From the NCBI GenBank assembly GCA_014905635.1, contig JABVCE010000009.1, positions 62,001 through 126,000 of the forward strand: a DNA stretch of 64,000 nucleotides, in the 5' to 3' direction. Position 1 is the first letter of the stretch. Every line of letters begins with the position of its first letter. A program made the translations under genes and the position numbers. The notes beneath the pieces are model-generated. The model saw nothing but the letters and a program-made list of their open reading frames with translations, ran no database searches and was not told the origin of the DNA. Shown here in pieces: positions 11,660-24,151 of this stretch. Source of the DNA: Scenedesmus sp. PABB004. Taxonomy: Eukaryota.

Positions 11660-14381
11660 ATGGTGGCCGGCGCCGGGCCGGGCGGGGCGCCGGTGCGGCT
11701 GGTGGGGCACGACAACTTTGTGCGCAGCAACCCGCGCAGCGACCGCTTCCAGGTCATCAAATTCCACCACATCGAGTTCTGGACCGCCGACGCCACCAAC
11801 ACGTTCAAGCGGTGCGGCGCCCGGCGGCCGCGGCGGCGCGGGGCCGGCGCGCGAGCAGCAGCGGCGCGCCAGGCTGGCGGCGGCACGCGCGGCCATGCGC
11901 GCGCGCCGCCCGACGCCGCCGTCGCCGCCGGCGCGCCCCCGCCCAGCTTCCAGCACGGCCTGGGCATGACGCTGGTGGCGAAGAGCGACCACTCGACCGG
12001 CAACGCGCGCTACGCGAGCTACGTGCTGCGCGCGGGCGACCTCACGTTTGCGTTCACCGCCCCCTACTCGCGCGCCTGCGCCGCCGCGGCGCCCACGAGC
12101 GCCGAGCCCCTCCCCGACTACGACGCGGCCGCGGCGTTCGAGTTCATTGCCACCCACGGCCTCGCCGCGCGCGCCATCGGTGCGCGCCGCGGCCGGCGGC
12201 GGCGGCGGCTGCGTCGTGCGGCCCACGCGCCCGCCGCGCTGCTGGGCGGGTCAGTACCCGCCCGCCGCCGCACTGCCTACGCGCCCGCTGCCGCGCCCGC
12301 GCGCGCGCGCACCCAGGCCTGGTCGTCGGCGACGCGGCGGCGGCGTACGAGGCGTCGGTGTCGCACGGCGCGCGCAGCGTGCGCGCGCCGACGGCGCTGG
12401 ACGACGGCGCGGGCGGGCGCGCGGTCGTGTCGGAGGTGGCCATCTACGGCGACGTCGTCCTGCGCTACGTCTCGGGCACCTGGCAGGCGCGGCGGCGGGG
12501 CGCCGGCCGGCCGGCGGCGGCGCGCCCGCGCCGCCTGCCCTCGCTGTCTCTCTCTCTCTTTCTGCAGGCCGTCGTCGGCCGCGGCGCCCGCGGCGCCCGC
12601 GCGGCGGCCAGCCCAGACGTACCCCTTCCCCGCCTGCCCGCACTCTCCCTCTCGCCCCCTCAGGGCCCCTACCTGCCCGGCTACGTCGCGACGCCCGACG
12701 AGCCGGCGATCGACTACGGCCTGCGCCGCCTGGACCACGCGGTCGGCAACGTGCCGCGCCTGCTCGAGGCGGTGGAGCACATCATGGGCTTCACTGGTGC
12801 GCACCGGCCGCGCGGCACACGACAGCCCCCCCCCTGCCCGGCACGCGGCCGCCCCGAGGAGGGGGCCCGCGCACGGCCCCTCCGCGCGCCGCGCGCCGCG
12901 CCCGCCGCCGCCGCCGCCGCCGCGGCGCGCGCTCGGCCTCCCCCCTCCGCCCGCGCCGGGCGCCCGTCCGACGCCGCCGGCCGACCCCCCCCCCCCCTCC
13001 CGCACACACACCCCACACCCACCCGCCCACCACCCCCCCCCCCCACCCACGCCCCGCCAGGCTTCCACGAGTTTGCCGAGTTTGTCGCCGCCGACGTGGG
13101 CACGGTCGACTCGGGGCTCAACAGCATGGTGCTCGCCAACAACAGCGAGATGGTGCTGCTGCCCATCAACGAACCCACCTTTGGCACCAAGCGCAAGAGC
13201 CAGATCCAGGCGCGGCGGCGCGCGGCGCGGCGCGGCGCGGCGCGGCGCGGCGCGGCGCCACACCCGCGCGCGCGCGCGCGCCGCGGCCGCCGCCGGGCCG
13301 CGCCCCGCATGCGCTCGACACGCACGCTCGCACGCACGCTTAACACGCACGCTCGCCCGCGCGCTCACTGTCCCCCTCCCCCTCAGACCTACCTGGAGCA
13401 GAACGAGGGCCCCGGGCTGCAGCACCTCGCGCTCAAGAGCGCCGACGTCATCTCGACCGTGCGCGCGATGGCCGCCGTGGCGCGGCGCGGCGGCTTTGAG
13501 ACGATGACCCCGCCCGGCCACGCGTACTACGTGCAGGCGCAGCGCCAGATCGTGAGCCCCCGGGGGACGCTCACGGGGGGGAGGGCGGCGGCGGCGCGCG
13601 CACGGGGAGGGCGGGCGGGCGGGGCGCGGCGGCGCGCGACGCGGCTCGGCGCCGGCGGCGGCGGTGCGCCCACGACGCGCGCGCGCCCGCGACCTCCGCG
13701 CAGGGCGACGTGCTGAGCGCCGAGGAGTGGGCGGCGGTCGAGGAGCTGGGTATCCTGGTGGACCGCGACGACCAGGGCGTGCTCATGCAGGCGCGGCCGG
13801 GCGCGGCGCCGCGCGCTGCGACACCGCGCCGCGCCGCAGCCGCCGCTGCGGGCCGGCCGGGGCGCGGCGCCGCGCGCGCGCGCGCCCGCTGCCGCCCACG
13901 CGCACGCCCGCTGCGGCCCGCCGCCGGCCAGATCTTCACCAAGCCCCTGGGCGACCGGCCGACGATCTTCATCGAAATCATCGAGCGCCGCGGCTGCCTC
14001 ACCGAGGCGCCGCCGCCGGCGCGCGGCGGCGCCGCCGCCGCCGTGGCGGGGCGCGAGGGCGCCGCGGCGGGCGGCGCCGGCGCGGGCGCGGGCGCGGAGG
14101 AGGGCGGCGCCGCGGAGGAGGAGTTCCGGGACATCGTGGCGGTGAAGCCCGACGGCACGGTCGTGGAACAGGCGGCGGGCTGCGGCGGCTTCGGCAAGGT
14201 GCGCCGGGACGCGGGAGGAGGGGGGGGGGGGCCTGCAGCCCACCGCCCGCCGCCCGCCACTGTTAGTTAGGCAAACCCTCAACACCCCGCCGCCCGCGCC
14301 GCGCCGCGCCGCGTGCTGCAGGGCAACTTCAAGGCGCTGTTCACCAGCGTTGAGGAGTACGAGCGCACGCTGCAGGTGTGA
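11660..14381 (+). CDS. HPPD: 4-hydroxyphenylpyruvate dioxygenase (9 exons)
   Basis: LVGHDNFVRSNPRSDRF, FHHIEFW, AKSDHSTGN, LRRLDHAVGNV, FHEFAEF, DSGLNSMVLANN, PINEP, KRKSQIQ|TYLEQNEGPGLQHLAL, ILVDRDDQGVLMQ|IFTKP, FIEIIER, GCGGFGK|GNF. Confidence 0.97.
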
Positions 14382-15819
14382 CAGGCCCGCGCTGAAGGTG
14401 TCGACGGGCGCACCTGCGTGCGCAGCAGGTGTGCGACGAGCAGGCGGCGGGCGTGTGATGAGGGCGCGCGGCAGCAGGCGCACTCGCCAGCAGTGGCCGG
14501 GGGCGGGGCGGTGGCCGCAGATTGCGGCGGCGGCGGCGCCGTGGCATGGCAGCGCGCGCGGTGGTGGTGTCGGGCGCGGCGCCGCACGATTTTGGCCCGC
14601 GCGCCGGGCTCGTCCGGCGCGCAGGCGTAGCGAGTGGGCAGGCGAGCTGAGCTGTCTGTGTCGACGGCGCAAGCGTGCGGGGCGGCGTTGCTGGCGGCCG
14701 CGGAGTTGTCGCTGTCACGGGGGGCGCCGCGGTTGGCCGCGGCGGCGTGTGCTGTCGTGGCGAGGGGCGCGGCGGGCCTGCGCTCCCAGAGCTGCAGTGC
14801 TTGTTCAACAGTCCAGCGACGCCGGTTCGGCCGCGCCGAGGGAGCGGCCGGGCGTGAGCTGCACGCCAGACGTCCAGAGAACTCTGGGCCCCACCGCCCC
14901 CCGCCGCGCGGCCGCCGACCTCCGCCGGCAGGTTGATCAAATGGGAAGGGAGTTGGTTGGCAAGTGCTGCTGCACGCCGCAGCCCCCCACCCCCACCCCT
15001 GCCTGCCTGCCTGCCCGACGCTGCAGCCGCGAGTGCGCGCAGAGCCGCGCCGCGCCCGCCCTGCACCAGGGCGCTCCAGTGCAGCTTGCGCAGCTCCTAT
15101 CTGTGTGGCGACGGCGGCGCGGGCCCCACCAGGCCAGGGCCCAGCGCGCCAGCCTCGGCAGCACGCGGAGCGGCGGCGGCGGCGGCGGCGGCCCGCGAGC
15201 GCAATCAATGGCCGCCCACGCGCTGCGGGGCCGGCGCGCGCCCGCGGGCCCCGGCGTCTCGCCTGCCTTGCCTGCAACAAACAACACACGCACACACGAC
15301 GACTCGCGGGGTGCGGCGGGGGGCCGATCAAGGCAGCGGCCGCGCCCCGCAAGGCGCACGCTGGCGCGCGCGGCCCGCCGGCGCGCGTGTGCGCCGGGCA
15401 GGCACGCCCGGGCGCCAGGCGCAGCCGAGGCTGTACAGTGACAGGCCACACCTCCACCGTTGCCGCCGCCCTCGCCGCAGGCGGCGGCCGGCTGGGGCGC
15501 GCGCCCCGCCGCCCGCCCCCTGCCGCGCTCCAGCTGCCCGTTCAACGCAACGCAGCGCGCCGTCCGCCCCCCACTCCCTATCAACGCGCGCGAACGAAAG
15601 CCCCACAGTGCAGATCCCGCCGCGCGGCAGCCGTTGACTCAACCCGGCACAGGGCCCGCCCGCCCGCCCGACCCCTGCCCCGTCCTGCTGCGCGCCCGCC
15701 CCACACCGACCCCGCCGGGTCGCCGCGGCCCACAGGGAACCGGGGCGCCGGCGCGTGCTGCGCGTGCTGCGCGTGCTGCGCGTGCTGCGCGTGCTGCGGC
15801 CCACCACCCCTCGCAGTGC

Positions 15820-18800
15820 TCACAGCGCGCAGAGGTTCTCCTTGGGGTGCATGCGCGCGAGCAGCGCGCTGCAGGTGAGGCGCAGCACCTCGATGACGCC
15901 CAGCGCGACGAGCAGCGGCGTGACGAGCGCGCCGGCCGACATCGTGAGCGCGCCCGCGACGACGACGGTGACGAGGATCGCCGCGTTGCTCAGCATCACG
16001 CCCGCGAGCTGCCACAGCGCGACGGCCTCGCGGCTGGGCAGTGTCATCATGGCGAGCAGGCCGTTGAGCGGGCCGCGGCCGCCCATGACAAACTGCACGC
16101 CCGCGACGACCGCGAGCACGTGCGGCAGCGGGCCGAGCGCCCACGCGGCGAGGCCCTTGAAGAGCGCCGCGCCCGGGAGCGCCGCGAGCGCGAGCGTCGC
16201 GCTGTGCAGGTGGAGCTGCATGCCGCGGCTCTGCAGCAGCCCGACCGCGGCCGCGACGCCGACGATGCTCGCGGCAAACGTCGTCCCGCTGACCGCGACC
16301 ATGCCGGCCGTGCCGCGCAGCACGCACAGCAGGTAGCCGAGGACGCTGAGGCCGGTCATGTCCAGCACGCTGGTGAGCAGGGAGAGGTGGGGGCTCTTTG
16401 GCCCGGAGAGCATGACGAGGCGCTGCTCGCTCCACTTCATGTTGAGCTTGAGGTGCGTGTAGCCGGGCGCGAGCGACTCGGGGAGCCACAGCCACGTCGC
16501 GATCGCGGTCAGGCCGAGCGCCGCGCCGCATGCGACGCCGAGGAAGGGCATCGCGCTCGCGCTGAAGTAGGTCAGCGCGGCGCAGCAGGCGAGTAGGAAC
16601 GACTTGAACGCGTCGCTCACCAGCAGCAGGTGGTACCCGACCTGAAGGTGTGTGTGTGTGTGTGGGGGGGGGGGGCATGGGCGGGGCGTGGTGAGTGTGC
16701 ATGCACCACACGGCGCGCGCGGTTGGCCCGGCAGCCGGCGCGAGGCAGCTGGGCTCAGTGTTTAGAGGGTTTGGAGGGCTCAGAGGGTTCAGGGTTCGCA
16801 CCTCGCTGAGCTCCTGGTTGCAGCCCATGAAGCCCAGCGACACGAGCGGTGCGCCGGAGAGGGCAAAGGGCGAGGTGAGCAGCAGTGCGACGTTCATCGA
16901 CTGCTGCCACAGGAAGCTCAGCACCACCAGCAGCAGGCACAGCAGCGTGGTGAACGCGACGGTGTGCACGTAGCCCCTGTGCGGTGCGGGCGCGGGCGGC
17001 ATGTCGGCGCGCCGGCGGCAGCGGAGCCAGCGCCGCTGGCGTGCCGCCGCCGCCGGCTGCTCCCGGCTGCCGCGCAGCTCACTTGGGCGTCTTTTTGAAC
17101 GCGAGCGTCGTCCACATCGGCGCGGCGGCGGTGGAGAGCACGAGCTGCCACATCACGCGCATGCCGAGGCCGTTGAGCCCGGGGAGCCACTCGGCGTCGT
17201 GCGGGCGCAGCGGGCAGCTGGACCAGGTCTGGCGGCTGATCTGCTGCAGGATCATGAACGCCAGCAGCAGCAGGCTGGGCAGCATGCTGAGGCTCTGCAG
17301 CAGCACGACCAGGTAGTTGCTGAACGCGTGCTTCGGCGACACCTCCTCGTCCTGCCCGTACCGCTTGGCCTTGGCGTGGTGCCCGCCCCCGTGGCCGCCG
17401 TTGGCGTGGGCGCCGTGGTGGCCCTTGCCAAAGCCGAGCAGGTGCAGGCGGCCCGCGCCGCCGCCGCTCGACTTGGCGGGCGCGCCGCCGTCGGTCGAGG
17501 GGGCCTTGGCCGGCGTGACGGTGACGTTGACGATGCCCGGCGGCGGCGCGCTCGCGACGAGCGCGGCCTGGAGGTTGAGGTTGCGCCGCTGCCACGACTG
17601 CGCAAAGTAGGTGTCCGTGTCGGCGGTCGCGCGGCCGAGGCGCGACGCGCCGTGCCCGCTCGCCGCGCTCGCGCTCGCGGCGCCGATCTTGCGCCAGAGG
17701 CGCTCGTATGCCACCATCTGGTCCTCAACGCTGAAGCGGCGCGCGAGCGCGGCGCCGATGAGCGCCCGCTTCTTGTCCGCGCTCGTCGCGAGCGCGGCGT
17801 TGAACGCGGATGCTAGCTTCGCGGCGAGGTGCGGCACCGTCGCGGCGGCTGCGGCGCGTCGCGGCGGCGGGCGGCGCGTCGGCGCGAGGGCTTGCGCACC
17901 CTCCTCACGCGAGTGCTGCGCGCCAGCACGGCAGGCCGCCAAGCCACGCGCGTCCCTCGCAGTCCCCGGCCGGCTGCGCGGCCCGCGGGGCACACCTGCT
18001 TGGAAGTAGAAGCCAGGCATCTTGCCGAGGCCGCCGGTCTCGTTGCCAATGATCAGCCCGCCCGCCCAGCCAAACTCAATGTCGACCAGCCCGCACGGCT
18101 CGTACCTGCATGCGGGTGCGTGGGCGACGGTGCGTGAGCGAGCGGCGCGTGAGCGACGGCGCGCGAGCGCGATCGCGCGCGCGGCGCCGCGCTGTGACGT
18201 GCTGCGGCGCCGCGTGCCGTGAGGGGCAGAGGCAGAAGTCGGCGGCCGCGAGCACGAGCTCTTTCTCGTCGCCCGCGACGTAGTGGTTGGCCGGCGCGAC
18301 GAGGCGGCCGGGGTAGTCCAGCGCCAGCATGCCCAGGCTCTCCTGCGCCTCCGCGCCCGCGACGTCGCCGAGCGGGCCGAGCACGAGCAGCTGCAGCTTG
18401 GGGTGCCGCGCCAGCACCTGGCGGGCGCGGGGGGGGGGGGGGGGGGGGCGCGCGCGCGCGAGGGGCGTCGGCGTCGGCCGCGCGCTCGCGCCGCGCGCTC
18501 GCGCCGGGCGGCCGCGGGCGGCCGCGGGCGGCCGCGGGCGGCGCGGCGTGGCGCGAGCCCCGGGCCGCACCGCTGGCGCGGCGTGGGCGATGATGTCGAC
18601 GCCCTTCTGGTGCGTGAGGCGGCCGAGGAAGATGGCGAGCTCGTACTGCTCCCCGACCGCGAGGCCCATGCGCGCCTGGACCTGCAGCTTGGCCGCGGTC
18701 TTGCGCCGGATCGCCTCGTCCGCGCCGATGCCCTCGCCTGCCCACGTGCCGGCGGGGTCCATGGCGTTCAGGATGCCGATGACCTCGCCTGGCGGCGGTC

Positions 18801-21800
18801 ACGGGGCGGCCAGGGGCCGGTCACGGGGCGGCGGCGGCGGCGGAGGATGTTGGTCAGGCGTCAAGGCGGGCCAGGGCGACCAAAGAAAGCGCGCGCATGC
18901 TGGGCAGCCGCAGCTGCTGCGGCGGCGGCGGCGCGGCGTCCCACTCCCCCCCCCTTTGCTCGCCCCGCCCGCGCTCCCTCCGCTCTCTCACCCTCGGGGA
19001 TCTGCCAGAAGGGGCTGAGGCGGGTGCGGATCTCGCTCGCGTACTTGGGGCTCACGGCGGCGCAGCCGACGCCCTTCTGCGCCTCGACCATGTGGCTCAG
19101 CAGGCTGTGCAGCGTGTCGAACGCCGACTTGTGCTCCGTGTGCTTGCCCACGGCGGCGGGGTTGAGGTTGAACATGGAGTAGAGGTAGGCGCGGCGCTGC
19201 TTGGTCGGCAGCGCAAACACGCCGTTGTAGTGCGCGTTGTGCGCGATGTAGAGCACCTGGGTTTAGGCCGCGGCGTGGAGCGGGGCCGCGGCGTGGCGGG
19301 GCGCTGGTTGGTTGCTCGTCCAAGGCCGGCCGGCGCGCGCACGCGCGCGCGCGAGAGAGAGGCAGAGAGGGCAGCAGCGGCGCGGCGGGTGCGGGCGCGG
19401 GCGGCGGCGGCGCTGCGGCTGCGCACCTGGGGGCGCAGGTGGCGGGGCAGGTACTGCAGCGACAGCGCGCCGTGGTAGTCGTGCAGCTGCAGGCGGCGGG
19501 CGCCCCAGTTCATGATGACCGTCGCGACCGCCTGGTTGACCACGCTGCGGGGCGGCCGCGAGAGACAGGGTTTAGTTTGGTCAACGCCGCGACGGGCCGA
19601 GGTGAGGGCCATGTGTCAGCACACTGACACGACAGCACAGCCCGCGCGAGCGAGCCCGGCAGCCCCGCGCCCTGGGCGCCCGCGCGAGAGCGCGCCCGGC
19701 GCGCCTGAGCCAGGTGATCATGTCGTGCTCGCTCGCAAAGCTGTAGATGTCGCTGCGGCTGCGGTGCCGGAAGACGTTGGCCTGCAGCAGCAGGTACCTG
19801 CGCGGTGAAGGGGGCGGTGCGGGCGCGGCGCGGCGCGGCGCGGCGCGGCGCGGCGCGGCGTGGCGCGGCGCGGTCAGCGCTGCAGGCGGCGGCTGCAGCG
19901 CTGCAGGCGCGCGGGCGGGTCGCGGCCCCGGAGCGAGGGGTGCCGCTCGGCGTCGCGCACCTGCGCGCCTTGCCCGGCGGCGCGTCGGGGATGACGAGGT
20001 CGAACACCTCCACCTGGTGCGCCGCGTGGCCGACTTGGACGTCAAAGCGCAGCGCGGGCGGGCCGGACATGAACTTGGGCCCCGGCGCGGCGGGGTCGGC
20101 GTAGGCCGGCGCGTAGAGCGGCGCGCAGAGCACCATGTCGCCCGGCCAGTCGCGCGCAAAGGTGTCCACCACCTTGCCCAGCCCGCCAAAGACAAAGCCG
20201 TCGAGGCCGAGCTCGGGGATGGTGTACTCCATGGCGACGTGCATGATGCTGTCGGGCCCGAGCGGCGACACGCTGTGCGTGCTGTGCGCCGCGCTGCCGG
20301 GCGACGCGGCGCCGTCGGTGCGCGGCGTCGTCGCCGCGGGGCTGGGCGGGCTCTTGTCGCGCACGGCGGCAATGAAGCCGTGGTCGTCCTCGTCGCTGTC
20401 CAGCGCCTGCGACAAAGCGGGGGCGGGGGCCGCGGGGCGTGAGCTGGCGCGGCCCGGCTGCCGCCGCCGCCGCTGGCGCAGGCGCGCCGGCGCCGCTGCC
20501 CCGCGCCCGCCCGCCGCCCCGCCTGCCGCGCACCGCCATGCAGCGCAGGGAGCCGCTCTTGTGCAGCTCGGACGCGGAGTCGACCTTGCTCGTGCCCGCG
20601 GCGTCGCAGCGCTGCACGGCGTGGCTCCCCAGCTTTGCCTCCACGCCCGGCAGCGCGGCGGGCGCGCCGCCGGTGCTGCTGCCGGGCGTGCTGTCGAGCA
20701 CGGGGCTCGCGCCCGCGGCCGCGGCCTTGCGGTTGAGGTGCGCCGTGAAGGTGGTGCAGCAGTTCAGCACGCACGCGGGCGGGCGCATGATGCCCCACCA
20801 GATGGAGAGGCAGACGATGGCCATGAGCAGCAGCGTGGCGGTGAAGACCACCTTGTCCAGCGACATCTGCGGGGCAGGGAGGTAAGGTAGGCAGGAGGGA
20901 GGCGGGGAGGCGGGGCAATCACCTCAGCGGGGCGTGCGGCGGGGGCGCGCGACGCGGGGCTCGCGCGCCGTGCGTGCTGTGTGCTGCATGCGGCGCGGCG
21001 CGCGCGCACCAGCAGGCGGCGGGGCGGCGCGGGGAAGAAGCTCGCCACGGGGCGGGGCGCGACGACAAACACCAGCGGCTGCAGGCTCGTGAGGCGCAGG
21101 TCGGCCGTGCCGTCGGCGCCAACCGTGAGCGTCTGGTTGGGGTTGAAGATGTTGGCCAGCGTGCGGCCGCGCAGGCCCTCCGGCAGGTCGGTCAGCGCGA
21201 CGACGCGCGGGAGCTCGTGGCTCGCGTTGCGCGCGGCCTGGCCCGACACGACGACGAGCGCGCGGTCGCCGCGCGCAAAGGCCAGCACGTAGCCGTCCGC
21301 CAGCAGCGGCTCGTAGTCCGCCTCCCACAGCCGCAGCGCCGCGCGGTACCTGCGTGCGGCCGGGCGCGCGGTCGGCCGCGGCGTGGGCGGCGGCGCCGGC
21401 CAGGGCGGCGCCCCCGGCCAACCCTCCAGCGCAGGCCGACCAGCCTCGCCCGCCGCCCAGCGCGCCTGCCCGCGCCGCGGCCGCGGCCCGCCCTCGCTCG
21501 CGCCGCCGCCCGCCCTGCCCTTGACCCTCGCCCCCAAGCCCTGCGGCGCGGGCCGCACCAGTTGAGCATCTTGAGGTTGACGTAGAAGGGCGCGGACGCG
21601 CTGTAGTCGCTCTTCTCCCACAGCGCGTCGCGCTGCACGTCCATGAGCGCCTCGGTGCCGTAGTAGACGATTGGGATGCCGGGGATGAAGTAGGTGAACA
21701 CAAGGGAGTTGCTGGTCGGTTTGTTTGTTGGTTGGTTTAGTTTAAGTAGTTCAAACAGGGAGCGGGGCGCGCGCGGGGCGGGCGTGGGTCGGGGCCGGGG

Positions 21801-24151
21801 GCGGCCCCGGCGGCGCGCGGCGGGGCGGGGCGCGGGCCGGCGCCAGCCGCCGCGGCGCGGCGCGCCCGCGAGCTCACAGGATCATCGCCTCGTCGGTGCC
21901 CTCGTGCGCGGCCATGCGGGGCATGTCGTGGTTGTCCATGAAGTTGCCGAGGATCGGCACCGCGCCAGGCGACGTCGCCGACAGCAGGACGTCCACCGCC
22001 GCCTGCGCGCGCGCGCGCGCGCGCGCGAGCGTGAGCGCCCGCCAGCGCCGCGCTGCCGGGCCTCGATCCACATGCTCGCTGGGCCCCGCCAGCTGTGCTG
22101 CCCCGCGCGCCGCGAGCGCAGGGTGCTGCGGGTGCACTGCGCACCTTGAGCAGCGTCGTGTTGGCGGGGTTATACGGGTAGCGGCCGTCGGGGCCGAGGA
22201 AGACGCGGCTGCTCGCGCCGTAGAGGCCGTACGAGAGCTGGCTGTGCAGCTGGTCGGTCGCGACCATCTCGGCGAGGCGGCGCGTGCCGTTCTGCCAGTC
22301 CATGTCCAGCACCTCGCCGATGGTCAGGATCTTGGACCGCGCCTTGATATCCTGCAGGAAGGTCTGTGTGCACGCGGCGCGGTGCGGCGCGGCGCGGTCC
22401 GGGCGGGGCGGCGGGGTCGCCGCCGGCGCCGAGGGACGGCGCGCGCGCGCGGGCCGGGCCGGGCCGGGCCTGGCGCGGTGCAGGCACGAGGGCCGGCGCG
22501 CGCTCGCGGGCGCGTGCGCGCACCTTGGGCATGTGCTTTGCCGCGTCGACGCGGAACGCATCCACGTGGTACTCGTCGCGCACCCACTTCATCCACGCGT
22601 GCAGCGTCTCCGCGACGTGCGGGACGCTCTGGTTGAGGTCGGGCAGGCCCTTGATGCGGCAGACCTCGAGCGCGCGCGGGCTCTCGTCGGGGTTGTTGCA
22701 CGTCCCCGGCTCGCAGCCTGGCGGCGCCGGGCGCGGGCGTGAGCGCGGGCCCGGTCGCCCGGCGGCGCCCGGCGGCGCCCGGCGGCGCCCGCGGCGGTGC
22801 GCGGCAGACCCTGCACCGCAGCCCTGAGCCCTGAGCCCCGAGCCCGGGGCGGGCGCGGTTGCACGCACCGTCGCACGAGTGGTAATACTCCGGCTTGTCA
22901 AAGGTCATCTCCCCGATGTCCTCCTCAGCAAAGTAGCCAGAGTGGTTGGGCACGATGTCCAGCATCACCCACATGCCTGGGCGCGCCGCGTGGGCGGCGC
23001 AGAGGGGCTCAGGCACGCGGTGCAGCCGGCGCAGCGCGGCCCCGGCGGCCTGGCTCCCCTGCCGCCTGCTGCCGCCGCCGCTGGTGCTGCTGCTGCCGCT
23101 GGTGCTGCTGCTGCCGCTGGTGCTGCTGCTGCCGCTGGTGCTGCTGCCATCGCTGCCGCCGCCGCTGCTACTGCTGCCGCCGCTGCTGCTGGCCTGGCGC
23201 TGCTGCGTGACAGCCTCGCGGCCCGCCCGCCCGCGCGCCGGCCGCCGGCGCGCCGGCTCACCCCTGTCGTGGATGGCCTTGGTCAGGTCAGCAAAGTCCT
23301 GGGGCGTGCCCAGCATGGAGTTGAGGTCCCACAGGTTCTGTGCACGTGGGCGGGGTGGGCCGCGTCAGCGCGCACGCGCCCCATGTGTGTGTGGGGCCGG
23401 CCGGCCCGCGCGGCCCGCGCGCGCGCAGGCCAGCCCCGCTTGCGGCTGGCTGGCTCCGGATTGGCCGCCGCGGCCCGCGACGCCGTGCACGCTGGCCAGA
23501 GCAGCTGCCTCTCGTCAGCTGAGCTGCTCAGCGCCTCACCTTGGGCCAGTAGCCTGCGACGGGGCCGCGGGGCGGCGGCGGCGCGCGGCGCGCGTCAGGG
23601 GCCGGCGCGGGCGCGGCGAGGCGCGACACGCCGCCAGGGCCGGGCGTGAGCTCTGAGGGATCTGGGCAGCGCCCCCGCGCAGCCCCGCCGCCCCTCATGG
23701 GCGCGGGCAACCGCCCTGCCAGGGCTGCCGACCACACCACACCCACCGTGCCAGCCGTCCTGGAGCTCGCGCACGGGCCCGCCCGTCTGCGACGTGACGG
23801 GGCTGATCCAGACGGCATCGAAGCCCATGCCCTGCAACCGCGGCGGGGTGTGAGGCGGGCGCGGCATCCCGGCGCGGGTCGGTTGCGGTCGATCCGCACC
23901 TGAATGTAGTCCAGGCGCTGGCGCAGGCCGACGTGCGTGCCGCCGCAGGCATTATCGAGGTCCTTGCACGGCCGCGGGACGGCGGGGCAGTCGGCCAGGC
24001 CGAAGCGGTCCGTCAAGATGTGCAGCACCGAGCGGTTCGCCCAGGCCTCGGGCGGCGGCGGCTGCCATTGCGACTTGGCGGCGGTAGCGATGCCGAGCGC
24101 CACCGCCAGCAGCGCGGCGAGCAGCAGCGCTGGCTGGGCGGGGCGCCCCAT
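15820..24151 (-). CDS. Alpha-glucan synthase-like (Ags1/Mok1 architecture): signal peptide, GH13 alpha-amylase domain, TM helix, GT5/GT-B synthase domain, multi-pass TM domain; about 1703 aa
   Basis: 21 exons: 24151-23900, 23831-23747, 23553-23540, 23337-23262, 22976-22869, 22717-22524, 22363-22145, 22002-21878, 21711-21559, 21349-21010, 20866-20534, 20406-19961, 19797-19705, 19544-19427, 19256-18992, 18788-18571, 18417-18218, 18105-17996, 17848-17083, 16976-16802, 16641-15820. They sum to 5112 nt in one open frame. GH13 motifs: ILTDRF, LDYIQGMGFDAVWISP, WHGYW, LDIVPNH, LPDL, FRVDAAKH, IGEV, DNHD, GIPIVYYGTE. GT motifs: MEY...GGLG, HDYHGAL, HNAHYNG, FLGRLTHQKG, PSRYEPCGLVDIEF, GGLGKMPG. Confidence 0.82.

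Noticed and set aside
14382..15819. Possible gene between HPPD and the Ags-like gene
   Set aside because: No coding-like exon set was found. The region is probably convergent 3' UTRs.
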